The notes below the pieces were generated by a model. That model did not search any database. It was given only the letters and a program-made list of their open reading frames with translations, and was not told the DNA's origin. The position numbers and the translations under genes were made by a program. Of a stretch of 46,588 nucleotides of DNA, positions 12,166 through 25,800 are shown one piece after another. The DNA lies in NCBI GenBank assembly GCA_002633005.1, contig NMRA01000941.1, forward strand, positions 4,412 through 50,999, in the 5' to 3' direction. Position 1 is the first letter of the stretch; every line of letters begins with the position of its first letter. Source of the DNA: Phoronis australis (taxonomy: Eukaryota; Animalia; Phoronida).

Positions 12166-13341
12166 GCCAGTGGCTCGGAACCCGAACAAGCCCGTCGCGG
12201 TCGCCGGGACTGGCACGAACATAAACCAGCTTGAGTTGGAAACTCAACCTCCAGTCACGAAAAGACTATAATAATGAGCCAAAGAAATAACGTGCACATA
12301 ATTATTTATGTGAGTTAGCCACGAAACTGAAAATCTACTTGTCGAGGGCCGCGAAGTCGGGTTCCCCTCCCACAGACCGTCTGGGCAAAGCTGAAGGTTG
12401 TACAGTAACAATGATTAGAATAATGTATTCGTATTTCTAAATAAAGATTCTCCTAACATGTGACCATAGAATATAAAATCGAGTAATTGTTTCACAACAG
12501 CTTTCTGTCAGCAAACACTGAATTAGTATGCGCTCACACGGCCTCGGTGCCCGGTCAATTACCATACCATTATTGCCAGCATAAAAAGCCGGTAACGCAG
12601 TGGTTTATTCATTGCTGGCTTCTAAACATTTGCACTCACGAATACTGCAAAGGCATTACAAATTGTATCTAATGAGGCAGACTTTGTTTCAGTTTATATC
12701 AGCATTGGTTAGAATGAGATCGAATAATTCATTTTGAAACAGATCGCAGAATAATAAAAGTTTACATGGCAACTCGTCCGGCGCCAATCCCGACTTAGTC
12801 AAGAGCTCATCCGACAAAGACTTCACGGGTCGGATTGTTAGGTTTCACTGGCTATCTGTTCGAACCGGAATACACTGATCAAGAAAAACTAGAGGCGCCG
12901 TGAACATGCACAGACAACGGAAGGTATGGATAGTTATTTGGTAAGCCGGAATTCGTCAGAAAAATCACTGTCGACGAAATGCCGGCCACAGACACAGAGA
13001 TGTTTCACGGCCTCACACTTGCTATTAACAGCGTACCTTTCATTCTTCACTACCGCGAGCCACTTCCTGAGCATTTCGGGCTCTTGAGGAAATCGAAAAG
13101 TCGAAGAAATGATACACCCGCTATCGCAGCTTCATAGTTCGGGCAAGCGGGAACGATGCACCGCAATATAGCGCATTTACTCTGCAAACGAACCACTGAC
13201 GTAGCTGCGTCGTTTCTCACCTTCCTCACAGATTAACGCGACACCTCTCGGCAAGGTGAGGTCGACCGTATACGAGGCGATGTGGATACAGACCGATTAA
13301 GGCGGTAAGAAAAGAATAATTAAATAGGGTGGCATTCTCCT
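12166..13341 (-). mobile_element. Kolobok-like (TTAA-target) DNA transposon fragment with decayed THAP domain, inserted in the LINE
   Basis: End TTAA|AGGAGAATGCCACCC (minus strand) resembles the terminus at 22682. About 13170->12925 reads LRCIVPACPNY...(frameshift)FRFPQEPEMLRKWLAVVKNE...LCVCGRHFVDSDF, a C2CH THAP signature. The other end is not seen. Confidence 0.7.
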
Positions 13342-14118
13342 TTAAGAACTTCATTGGGATATGGTCATTACCCATCGCTTAGTTAGGCTTTGCCTTGGAT
13401 ATTATTCTCTGAACTTCTTGCACAGTAATGCCAGTTTTCAGTTCGTCATTGCATATGTAACCAGAGGACGACATTAAACCATCAACATATCCTTGTAATT
13501 TATCCTCATAAAATTCATCATCAAAGGAAAATTTCGGATCAAAATCTGTGTAAAGGGATTGATACTCAGTCTTCCACTTATTACAAACAAAATTCATATT
13601 CGTGTGAACTGAATCACCTTCATCATAAACGTCGAATATTAGCTTTTCTGGACAACGGAAATCTATAGCAAGAAGCTGAATCCCACTCCTCTTGGCTAGA
13701 TTCTCAAAGAACGTCTTTGAAACCATAGTTTTCGGTTCAGGTTTTGGGGTGGAAATCATGGTTTTGCATTTTGATACCGGCGGTGAGTTAGCAATTACTG
13801 ACGATGGAGCGAATGAAGCACCATTACAGCGTTCTGTCGTTCAGTACCTTAGTTTTCCAGACGTGAGGGGTGCTGAATGTGCGATAACATCTGGCTCTTT
13901 TGTTAACTGCCCAGCTCAGTCTTTTGTCCCGTATGATAACAAGCAGGCCAATTATCTCCCAGGCTTCAAAGGAAACGTGTAGTGGTTGCACGCTATTGCC
14001 GAACGCGTATGAATACAATCAAACCCAGTGCGTCCGTTTGGGCAGAATAGTTTGTCTTAACTTCTGTTGTAGTTGGGCGATTTTGTTGATTCAAAAACGG
14101 AACATGATCAGCATTTGA
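13342..14118 (-). mobile_element. LINE ORF2 remnant (linker and pre-RT region, possibly end of endonuclease)
   Basis: ORF 13379..13759 ends ...KWKTEYQSLY...ELKTGITVQEVQRIISKAKPN*AMGNDHIPNEVLK, the typical pre-RT 'ITxxEV...K..KAxGxDxIPNEVLK' motif; collinear with 11560-12165. Confidence 0.85.
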
Positions 14119-14204
14119 CAAGGAATTCAGAAATTTAGGAAACTGTCTGTGACAAATGTTGCTTACTTACCATGTAATTTTTTTTCATGGTATTTGATTA
14201 CATC

Positions 14205-15300
14205 GGGGTACGTACACTACACAGGGGGTGCGTACACTACATTTCAGTGACATGTCAGGTTTGTAACTAAATACTAAGAATCTACTGAGAGTTAGATGAT
14301 TTGCTAAATAAATTCAAAGAGAAAAAATAAAAAGCATGGCATTCATGTGTATATCTGTCATACAAATTAAAATATAGAGGTACGTACATGTACACTACAC
14401 AAATGCTAATATTTCACTCAAAACAAATGTATTTGCAATAAACACCATTTTAACCAAACATTTTTAAGTAAGGAAACTGCCTAGGACCAATGTTGCTCAC
14501 TTACCAAGTGTTCATGGCATTTGTAAACATGGGGGCGCGTACACTACAAAAGGGGGTACGTACACTACATCACTGTTTGTGCATCATATGGTAACATAAT
14601 GTTGTAAGGCCATTTATTTTTCTTTGATGATAATAAGCACCATGTTGTTATTTAAAAGGCAATAATTTCATTTGCAATGATCATTTGTGTTATTGAATTC
14701 CACATGAGAGTACCTACACTACATTTTGTTAGCCTTTTTGGCCCATTTTGAGTATAGCTGAACCCAGTCAATATCCAAACTTTTGGATTGTTTAGACATT
14801 GAATTATTTGCTGTGTTGCCTAGGCTAACATATTCTATAGTTCTTTTTATTACAGAGTGAGAACTTTAGTTTTTAACTTTCTTTACAGTAGGTGAGGGTT
14901 AGAAACAAAATTTACAAATTTCGTAACGAGTGCCTGTTTTATGATGAACTCTACCATTTCTCAATGATTAAGCTCAACTTCATCTAAGTGATTCTGAACA
15001 TGACAAAAGTTATTCCCAGTCATATCTAAGCAATTGCTTACTTGATAAAATAAATTTCTTTTCTACTGTTGGCAATTGAAAATTGTAATTTTTAAAATGG
15101 CCACTCCTAACGCTAAAAATGCATGAAATTTATAGATAAAAACATGCACAAATTTCTCAAACATTGTCCGATTTTGATGATTCTTTTTTTAATTTGCACA
15201 GTTAAATAACTCTTGGCATATGAGATTCAGTTGGCATTTGGTAAGTGATCAAAAAATTTATATTAGACCGTAACGCAGTCAACTTTCGAATATGGACCTT
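14205..15300. mobile_element. Probable non-autonomous DNA transposon remnant with repeated TACACTAC motifs
   Basis: Six direct copies of a GG(G)TRCGTACACTAC-like motif near 14205, 14224, 14378, 14531, 14552 and 14708; boundaries uncertain. Confidence 0.45.
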
Positions 15301-15590
15301 GATTGTGATTTAGCCGCTAATGAATTAAGGTGTTTAAAAATATGTACTGGCAATATCGTATACAAAGATTTCAACGATTTTGAAAGTTCTCGTTTAACTC
15401 GTAAACTGTAATAACTATCTCTTGGGTTGAATCAAAATACACGAGAGCATGGATAAATTCGGAAAACTTCTTGGGGGACACCCAAATCCCGTCTCCCATG
15501 TTTCCCCAGTAGCTCGTCGAGAGTCTTCGAACATGTCTTCGAGAACTGCTGATAACAGTTTGTTTTGATGAACAGCGAATTTGTAGGGTT

Positions 15591-15736
15591 TCTGATTTAC
15601 ATGTTTATGTATGTGTGAATCTGATTTACATGTTTATGTATGTGTGAATCTGATTTACATGTTTATGTATGTGTGAATCTGATTTACATGTTTATGTATG
15701 TGTGAATCTGATTTACATGTTTATGTATGTGTGAAT
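15591..15736. repeat. 29-bp tandem repeat running into a gap
   Basis: TCTGATTTACATGTTTATGTATGTGTGAA x5, perfect. Confidence 0.97.
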
Positions 15737-16507
15737 NNNNNNNNNNNNNNNNNNNNNNNNNNNNNNNNNNNNNNNNNNNNNNNNNNNNNNNNNNNNNNNN
15801 NNNNNNNNNNNNNNNNNNNNNNNNNNNNNNNNNNNNNNNNNNNNNNNNNNNNNNNNNNNNNNNNNNNNNNNNNNNNNNNNNNNNNNNNNNNNNNNNNNNN
15901 NNNNNNNNNNNNNNNNNNNNNNNNNNNNNNNNNNNNNNNNNNNNNNNNNNNNNNNNNNNNNNNNNNNNNNNNNNNNNNNNNNNNNNNNNNNNNNNNNNNN
16001 NNNNNNNNNNNNNNNNNNNNNNNNNNNNNNNNNNNNNNNNNNNNNNNNNNNNNNNNNNNNNNNNNNNNNNNNNNNNNNNNNNNNNNNNNNNNNNNNNNNN
16101 NNNNNNNNNNNNNNNNNNNNNNNNNNNNNNNNNNNNNNNNNNNNNNNNNNNNNNNNNNNNNNNNNNNNNNNNNNNNNNNNNNNNNNNNNNNNNNNNNNNN
16201 NNNNNNNNNNNNNNNNNNNNNNNNNNNNNNNNNNNNNNNNNNNNNNNNNNNNNNNNNNNNNNNNNNNNNNNNNNNNNNNNNNNNNNNNNNNNNNNNNNNN
16301 NNNNNNNNNNNNNNNNNNNNNNNNNNNNNNNNNNNNNNNNNNNNNNNNNNNNNNNNNNNNNNNNNNNNNNNNNNNNNNNNNNNNNNNNNNNNNNNNNNNN
16401 NNNNNNNNNNNNNNNNNNNNNNNNNNNNNNNNNNNNNNNNNNNNNNNNNNNNNNNNNNNNNNNNNNNNNNNNNNNNNNNNNNNNNNNNNNNNNNNNNNNN
16501 NNNNNNN
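15737..16507. other. Assembly gap
   Basis: N run. Confidence 1.
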
Positions 16508-19489
16508 GTTGGGCCTGGCTTTTTAAGAGAAGGAGTAGAGATTGTTTTTTTAATTGGGAGGAGGGTTGTTTTCTTGGCACCAGTTGTGTTGCTTCTATAG
16601 GAGCGACTTTGCACACGGGGGCTGACGTGGCATTTACAGTTATACGCGTTCATACAATTTACTTATCTCCCGATCATTTGTCGCGATGCCTGATATTTTG
16701 CAAGTTTCACCATTCGAAAAGACAACTATCGTTAATTTTCGTCGAGAGCCTTCTTTCGCTAGCACGGGTTAGGACACGTTCGGTTCACTGCATCCTTTGT
16801 GCGGATTTTATTCACAACACTGTGCTCTAGCAGCTGTACCATATAGGCTACTACGCAACGATTACAATGACAGATGTACTACCAACAAATCAAACAATGA
16901 CGCTATTTTCATAACCTCGTCGGCTGTGACAACACGTACATGACGTAGGCCTATTGTGCCACTGAGCTAGTCTCCGGCCGTACCCTTTCCGCCGTCCGGA
17001 CGAGCCTTTCGGGTAGTTCATCAAAATTACTTCACGGACATTTGAATTCAGTCCTTCTCATCCGAAGGTTTATCTTTCTCAACGATAGTCACAGCTTCAC
17101 GTAACTGGATGATACAACATGTATTACTTACTTGCAGAAAGAGGTGTTACTTGGGACTGAACGTCGACCGGTGCACCACTAGTTGGTCCAGCGTTAAGCT
17201 GGCTTGAAATTCGCGAGCGAGGCTGATAAGACTATCAGAACCTAGAGTAAATAAAACTTGTTTACCTTGCTGAGTTAATTACGCAACGGGTTGTCGATTT
17301 ATCACTTGTTCACCAATTCCAAACAAACAGATCAGAAGAAACCGTGCTGTGGACCGCTGGCTTCACGGTTAGGCTTACCTTGTGTTACAGCGCCACCTCT
17401 GAAAGAACTCGCTGGTTCCCTACCTCGCTGGTTCCCTGGGTGCCTAGCCAGCACGCTGGCTACCGACCACCTAGCGGCACGCAGATCGCGAAAATGCAAG
17501 ATCATGTAGGTCTTTACACCATATCGTCATACATTTACAAGCAAAGCACGCGATCAAACTAGCTTCCTCCACAAAATTCCCTCGTCTAAGGAACTCAACC
17601 CTACATGTTGGCTCACCGTAACAGCCTGAGCATGTCGTGGAAGGCTGAACACTTTCGACTGAGTCCGCTCAAAAATAGTTTTGGCAAAGAATCGTTTTGA
17701 ATCGAGATTGTGAAGGTGCAATTCAACAGGTGTTGAGGTCATTGACTGCAACGAAAAAAATAATTAATCACGGGTGACGTTCCTTGATGGAGAATAACAT
17801 GAAAATTTAGTGCTTTATTTGAAAGAATTCGGCAACATTAGAAAATTGCAGTTCCAGGACACCCATTCATGATTACAAAACTATATTCCTAAGCAAATAT
17901 TTTTTCAACACATCAAATTGTCGATTTTAGGGGAGTTCTTGCAAAATTATAGTTTCTCAGAATCCCCAGGTCCATGAAAACTCTTAGAAAATAGGGGGAG
18001 AAGAAGAAATTAAGCCCATTGCCTTTTTTGATGATGGCCAGCTTTACAAAATCACTATGACCATATAATACACGTTAGTATTGACTTCAGGGCCATCTTA
18101 ACCAAAGGTCCTGGGGGTTCCAGGCCAACGACAGGGTGAGACACCACGCCGACTATAATGGCACACACATACATACTCAGTGCCGGATTTAGACCAGTGG
18201 CAGATTTAGAGGGGGGCCAACGAAGAAGGCCATGGCCCCCCTAAAATTCTCCCAAATTCCATTTGGCAGTTTGGGGATGAGAATGTCTGACGGGTAATAT
18301 CTTGGCTAATATGCCTCCATACACCCGCAATCAAACTTTTTTCCAGCAGTCAGTTGTCCAAATCGGTAATTACATGTAAATGATTACGGGAGTATTTGTT
18401 TTTTCCTAAGATGTCGTTCTAATATCTATGCCCAAAAGGTAGGCCTACTTATAGCAACAAGACTTTGAGAGTTTCATCAATGTGAGGCTAATTCGCCGAA
18501 AAGCTTACGATGTATGAAGCTCCTATGGCAGCACCACTGTCTATGCAATTAAATAACTAGTAGAAACGGTGGCGGTGCCTAACAGGAATCTTGTAGGTGA
18601 GCTTCCGGAAGTAACCTGTTGTTTCAGATATTTCATTGTTATCTTAATTCAGTTCAGATAGTGTTGATGAAAATAATTATAATTGCCAAATTAAATGAAA
18701 GCGATTTTATTTTACGTTCAGTTTGACTAATCATCTATTCTGGAGATATATTGCCGGCCGCGTTTTTAGCCGAATCGTCAGGTAGGTCCTATATATCCCG
18801 CTGGTACTGTTCCTTGTTCGTTTTCCGTAAATCGCATTCTAAGTGATCAAGCTTGTAAATACTGTACCACTTTTGACTTTAGTTATTAACGAATGTTTGT
18901 GGATAGACATTCCGGTGCCCTAATTGGCTGGCAACAGTAACAGCTTGACTGACATGCCGAAACTTGTGGACGATGCAGCCACAGATAGATTTCGATCTTG
19001 CACCGTAGACAGGTACCCCATCAATTTCTCTCTCCTCGTCAAATCGGTGGATCTGTCAACGTGTTCCCACGTCAACTGGTACCCAACTGATAGTAATTCC
19101 CCATTAGCTTCAGTGGCGGACTTGGCCGACAGCGTTTGTCGAACGGGAGTCTTAGCAACCGAAGTGCCTGGAGACGTTTTTTCAGTCGATTGAAAAATTG
19201 TGGGTGCCGCAAAACCCCACGAAAATTCCCGTTCTTTTCTTTTTGGTCAAACTGAAAAATAGGGCTAGAGATGTTGGAAAAATCAAAAAATGGGACAGTC
19301 TGTAAAGAGAGAGAAAATTGGCCAGTACAATGTCCTTCTGCCCGCTGATTGTCCGTAAACGACCTTCACCAAAGTATAGGACTGAATTCGTTTACAAGGA
19401 AATTTTTTCATTTTTCAAATTTTATTTCACTGGTACATGTATAGATAAATACTACAGATAACATTACTGTTCAACAAGTAAACATTGCA

Positions 19490-19787
19490 CAAATAAATTA
19501 GGCATGTCTAAGCACACGCACGCACGCAAGCACAGACGCACACACACATACACACACATAGACACACGCACACACACGCACACACACACACACACACACA
19601 CGCGCGCGCGCGCACACACACACAAACACTTTCAGTAAAGCAAATAAATTAGGTATGCCTAAACAAACACACGCACGCATGCAAGCACACACGCACGCAC
19701 ACACACACACGCACGCACGCACACGCACGCACACGCACACACACACACACACACACACAAACACTTTTAGTAACGCAAATAAATTCA
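19490..19787. repeat. Duplicated ~150-bp unit containing (CA/CG)n microsatellite
   Basis: AAATAAATTAGGYATGYCTAA-(CA/CG)n-AAACACTTTYAGTAA occurs twice. Confidence 0.9.
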
Positions 19788-20443
19788 AGAGTAGTTTTTC
19801 CGAAGTTACATGAACGCCCCTGTTAGATAGTAGGACCTAAACTTTTCATAGCAGAACATACAATCGGAAACTAAATGTCACGTTTTTTTCAGTAAAATAC
19901 TCTAACATGATTTTAACTCCCAAAAATGTCTTGTTGATAAACTTGTAAAGTGGTTCTCAGTCTGGAGTTGAGGGCAGACTAATCCTGGTATCCAGCAAGA
20001 GCCACTGCTTGTTTTGTATAATCAGTGGTTTGTTGGTTTCAGTGTTGACCAAAATTCTGCCGAGAAATTTCTGATTGTTTGGAACCGTAGCTGAAGTCTC
20101 ACTCGATTGTTCCATATGAAAATGAAGCAATGATCACTCGAGAAGAACTCTTTCAAGCTCTTGCCAGCAGTACAGTGAAATCTTGCGATTTCAACTAAAG
20201 CTCTTGCACAGGTGGAACGCATGGGTCACGTGCGGGAGTATAGAAAGTGTGCCTGAACGGCCAATGTATGAGCTAACAATTATTGCTTAACACTTAGACT
20301 TGCCTCTTAAGACAACACTTGCTTTGAAACGGCGGTGTAAGCTGTGGGGAGTGTTTCCAGGTTGTCCCTCTTTACCAACTCGATGCGTTATACGTGTGTG
20401 GTTTACTTACCTGGTTTAGTTTTTGCTGTCATGGTTACAAAAA

Positions 20444-20934
20444 GGGAAATCAACAAATGGTCGGACTTCGAAAACCACTTGCCCGCACTTCAAAACCAGT
20501 CGGCTGGATTGCAAAACCAAATGGCCTGTGACCAAACGCGATGGCCGGCCTAACCCAAAAATCTAGTTGGCTGGACCCAAAACACGGTGGGTCGATGATC
20601 TAACTGACACGGCGACGACCGGACTTCCTCGGAAACTCGCTTTGAAAGTAAAAAATGATTCAGGTGATGTCTAGTATTTTTCGTAGGCTACCCGTCTGTT
20701 TTGTTCAAAATCGGCGATTTGCTAGGCCATTGTGTTTGAGAACCGGCCAATCCGTTTTAGGTCCAGCCAACCAGTTTTCGTTAGGTGCGGCCATCTGGTT
20801 TTGAGGTACCGGGACATCGGCGTTTTAAGGTTCAAGTTAGCCGAACACCGGCCATTGGGTTCTTGAAGACCAGACATCTTGTTTTGAAGTCCGAGCCCAG
20901 TGGTTTTGAAGTCCAACCAGTTGCTGATCCTCCC
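20444..20934. mobile_element. Foldback-type element; inverted arms built from ~21-22 bp subrepeats
   Basis: Left arm TGGTCGGACTTCGAAAACCACT...GTTGGCTGGACCCAAAAC matches the reverse complement of the right arm (TGGTTGGACTTCAAAACCACT...GTTGGCTGGACCTAAAAC). Confidence 0.75.
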
Positions 20935-21747
20935 CCCCCCCTTCCTTAGATTACATCTCTCCAAATCTTGACTTGAAATCTCAGCCTCCCGCCACTTAAA
21001 GAAACACTTGAGAACGCTTGGGCCGGGAAGCTACGTGTACTAATTGAAGCTAGACGAAGAGTAAAGGGCCGTTTCCGACCAAACGGAGTGAGAAGAAGGG
21101 CATTGTGCTTTTGAAACACGTCGGTTAGCATGCAGTTTACCAGAAAATGGATGGAGAAGCTGATTTGCTCACAGCCGTACGATGATGGTACGTGAAGTGG
21201 GCAGTGGCTAGGCGGTTGCCAGTGCCCGCCCCTGCTATAATCGGGCAAGAATTAAGGACTGGGCAAAACAAGAAGAAATTCAGGCAGTGGAGCATACAAT
21301 GGAAAAATAAGAGGACATCAGGTCTGAATTACCTGGGGATATTAAATTGGTGGCGTCCACAGTGTAGGGGTGAAACAAGTGACCTATTGGAGGGGGGGGG
21401 GGTAAATAGACATAGGGAGTGACATATGGGCAAAGCCTTGCGGAGTCAAGATATGTGCACAGCCACGTCCAGGTTCGTGAAAGTTGCTGCTTCATGAATA
21501 CAAGCTTCATAAAATGGGTTTTAAAACAAGTTATTTTAGTAGAAAGCTACACCAAATAATGCTCCGCATTCAACTCCAAATGTTTTCAACTGTATGTTGA
21601 AATGTGAAATTTTAGCTTGATTTTTATTTTTGAGATGCGCCACCTACCGATGACGATTTCTTAAAGCTACATTTGGCCCAGTCGTAAACGGCGTAAAAAC
21701 GCAAATCTACTCTCATAAAATCGGTCTCGTAATATTCCGTACCTGAG

Positions 21748-22072
21748 GATAATATTTCCGTTGCCATAAGTAAGTGGCCTAAATCAAAACTTGTTTATAA
21801 AAAATTAGCATCGGTTCTGTTCCGCATGAATACAAATCAATTTCTACCTCTATAAAAGGTCTGGCGTTAGAGAGACTTAAGTTTTGATAGAACAAGGTAT
21901 AGGCCTATCCGTATAAGAGAATTGGTTCTATGAAGTAAGAAACAAATGTGCCTATAAAAATCAAAGTCGATCGTCTGATTCCACTGTATCTCCTTGGTCT
22001 TTTAAAAATGTTTTGGGCAAGTACAACAAATTTTTGGGTAACGTACGTTTAAGACATAAAGTAAAAATACTA
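21748..22072 (+). repeat. Local duplication copy A (copy B = 22570-22681 + 27215-27390)
   Basis: Shared blocks GATAATATTTCCGTT, TTCCGCATGAATACAAATCAATTTCTACCT, GAGAGACTTAA|GTTTTGATAGAACAAG and TTTTTGGGTAACGTACGTTT. Confidence 0.9.
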
Positions 22073-22837
22073 GTTTCACAACTAACTGACTTCTAAGTAG
22101 TTTTGAAATTTTGTTTAAACACAAAATAAAAAGATAACAACCCTAACCGGTTAGAAAAAAAAAACAAAACAAAACAAGTAGACAGGAGTATTAAAATAAA
22201 ATAATGAAAACAGGTACATGTATGAAACATATTTAAAACCAACGTTCCTATGGCAAGTGGTCCTTTGTCAAGATCACAGCAATTTTACTTTTTAGTCTTT
22301 TTGTAATACTTAAAGTGTACCAAGTTAAAACTACTCTCCACATTGCAGCCTTTAACTCTGTGCAAATGCCCAAGAAAAACAATTTCGTTGTAATAACAAC
22401 CACTATTGTTAAGAAAGTAGTGCTAGCTATAACCTTTCCACTAGGCTTAATCAGCTCAGATCTACATCAATACAAAGGGTGTGCTTAGTACACTGTAGGC
22501 ATCTTAAAAGTTGTCTAGGGCTTAGGGAATCAGAGCGGTGACGAGCGTTAGCGAGAAATTCTCCGCATGATAATATTTCCGTTACCTTGGCTTGTTTATA
22601 AAAACTTAGCATGGGTTAAATTCCGCATGAATACAAATCAATTTCTACCTTTACAAAAGCTCTGGCATTTGAGAGACTTAAAGGAGAAGGCAACCTTTTT
22701 TCATGTCCATTTTAGCAAAAATAAGATTCGTTGATTATCCCAGACATATTTTTCGGTTCATTACAGCTTTTTGGTAATTTAAACAATTACTCGTCCCTAG
22801 GCTCTACTTCGGAAGTGACAATTTAGGAGGCAAGAAT

Positions 22838-25800
22838 GGGGCTATTCGGAAAATTCTCCTCGCAGTGTCGCTACTGTGCTAGTGGTGATTGAATTGCGCA
22901 TGCGTAGCTGTCTGCATGTAAACAGCTGGTAAAAACACAGATTGTCATCAAAATACGGCGTCGCGCAAAGCCTTATTATTGCTATTTTCCTTGGTGCAAG
23001 TCTTCGACAGGTGGTCACAAATTACCAAAAGACTTAGGTTACTACATTCGTGGAGCATTGAGGTCAAAAGGGTCAACCAACTGACAAAAAGTGTGTGGAT
23101 GCCGAAGCCCCAGCCTTTGGGAGACTACATAACTTAACTTGGTAAGTTTTTAGCAATCAAGTTTCTATCGACATCGTTCGGTGATGTTATCCTCACCAGT
23201 TACCCCCACTGAATAACGGGTTTATTGAATGGAACTAAGTGTTTCTTTTCGGAAACTCACCCAGGACGCGGATGCCGGGTAGGCTAGCAGCACATATTCA
23301 CATATTGTCCTCCAGGGGTGGGAATGCGCCCAATATAAGAGGTGTATGGTGCGTGACGCTCAGAAGTCAAGGATGACTTTTTCACAGCAGTTTCTCTTCA
23401 AAGCTATGCTACGTCCAATAAAATTCTCTAGACGAGTGAGTTTCCTTATTTTATGGCGGACTCCACCCCCAGGACTACAATATTAGTTACTGAATTAACA
23501 TGAATAAGCTATTCAGTAAACGTCATAACATTGCATTGGAATAAAAATTGACATCTAGAATGAATTTTACTTGTTGAGGTCAGATGCACATTTTAGGTGT
23601 CGTGAAAAATACACATTATTAAATCACTTTTAGCCTGTTTCACATAGTTTAATTCAGATCTTACATAAGACTTGGGTACAAAGATTATTATTTTCTACAT
23701 ACATTGTATAAACATGAAGATGAAACGTCAAGTATGTTCTGCCTTACTGAAGTAGTTTTGTCTTGTGTTTTCTTTATATTAATGACTATTCTGTTACAGG
23801 TGAGAGAAAACGACTGAAACCAGCAGACTGACCTTCTACTTTACTTTTGGACAAAGTGAAAAGCAATCCTTCAGCATTAACCTGAGAGAATTGAACATGA
23901 TTCAGAAATTTAGCCCTCGATATGTATGATTATGGACTCCATTGCGTGGGAAAATTACAATTGTTTTTAAAAATGTTGTTCCTTTACATACTTTCTTGCT
24001 TGTGGAACTTTCGTTGAGGACAAGTTAACACAAAACTTAAAATTGTTCAAAGGCCTTCTTAAGAAAGCTCTAAAATAATTACACACAAACAAATCAAATG
24101 CAAAGAAAGGGAATACTTCATTTTGATCGCTGCACATTTCTAGAGGTCAACAGGAAAACGACAATTCGCAAGCGTAATCGCTAATCATTTCAGCTTTAAA
24201 GAATAAGCACAACTGCACTGTGTGGGCTTTAAAACTAAGAAAATATTGTGGTTTCAATAATTAGTGACAAACTTGGCTGTTGATGAAAAATTTATTCGAT
24301 CATCAAAGTGTAACATTAACGAGCTTTCTACTGACAATAAGACAATCGATGCAGTCACTGAATGTCATTTCCCCATAATGTGTACAAAATTGAAAAGTTT
24401 TTACCATTAATATAAAGTTTTTCTTCTGAAAGGAAAAGTTAATGTCACTCAGTGAGAAAGGACAGGTATTTGTACCAGATGCTTTTGGTTTTCATTTCAC
24501 AGAGATCTACATGTAGTTTCAATAGCCTATAGAAGCGCTTGTAAAAAGGTCCAGTTTCGGCACGTGGCTTTCCTCCAGGTAACCTCATTCAGCCTCAATT
24601 AGATCATTGAAGGTAAACACAACAGCATATCACTTGACTCGTGTTGTGCCCAAAATCTGACCCTGAACTAGACCAGAGTGTCTTCTTTAGCTTCAATCTA
24701 GCATGTTTCTTCCAGGAAAGGAAGTAAGCTATTGTCCACACATGACTTATTGCCTACGAAAGGCCATCCCCACCAACGAGGCTGACTTGTATAGCAGTCA
24801 GATATAGTTCCTCTTCATACATGCGCGCACCCAGCCTTCAATATGGGGGGGGGTTCAAATTCCTGACTTTTGTGGACCTTTTGGTAACAAAAAAAGCGGG
24901 CGGACTAGAAAAAAAAACGGAAGCACCAATGTGAATTGCGCGTTTGCGCATGTTTAATGCACTTATGCCAAATTTTCTCGGACTTTTTGTCTCTCTGAGG
25001 CGGACCTTTTGACCCACTTCGTTCGAGCCCCCTCCCCCTGGGTGCGCGCATGTCATACACAAACAACACGTTGTCTTATGGTAACACATTTCACCAGGGC
25101 CACTGACATGTACATTGTGCCATGCAGCACTAATGGTGTGTGGAAATGCTGTGGGAACAGAAAGGAGTAACAAAGCTTGTTCGTTGTCTCCGATGAAGAA
25201 AGTAGGCTTTAACAACAGATCTACACTGGATGGGAAGATCTTGCTGGTTAGCTGCAGTCAACTGCTTAAAACAATTTTTTGTCCATTCAGGGTAGATGCA
25301 GAAGCGATGCATATCTCCTCTGCGGCACGGTACAAACCCTCAAACCTAAAAACCAAAGGTCACGTTACATTTGTAATAGCATATCTGAGTATTGGAATAC
25401 TTATATTAGATACTACTTAATTTTATATACCTCTATGTATATTAATTTCATTTACGAATTGTTTACAACCCAGATATAATGCTTTGCGGTTTCTGGGTTT
25501 GTTATTATTTCTGTTGTATTACTGCAGGTTCACTAGCTAGGCCTCTAGAAGTACTCACCAGTTAAAACACAGCTATTCAAGCTTCAGTAAAACCCAATCC
25601 AGGTGCCCATCCCTGGCATCGTGATTGCTTGCTGAAAGACTGCGAGCAGGATTCCCGCCAGCAGTTTAAATAAAACAAGCATCCGGGGAACCATAAAACT
25701 GACAAATCACAAGACACCACAGAAAGATAAAGGACGAATGATGTTGACGATTACAACATTTCTTTGCATGTTCTGTATATTCTTCAATAAATATATATCA

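Noticed and set aside
15684-16830. Long 300-367 aa ORFs (also 33414-34232 and 29518-29867)
   Set aside because: They span N runs; gap artefacts.
18910-19195. About 90 codons open on both strands
   Set aside because: No recognisable domain, start context or splice partners; possibly transposon debris.
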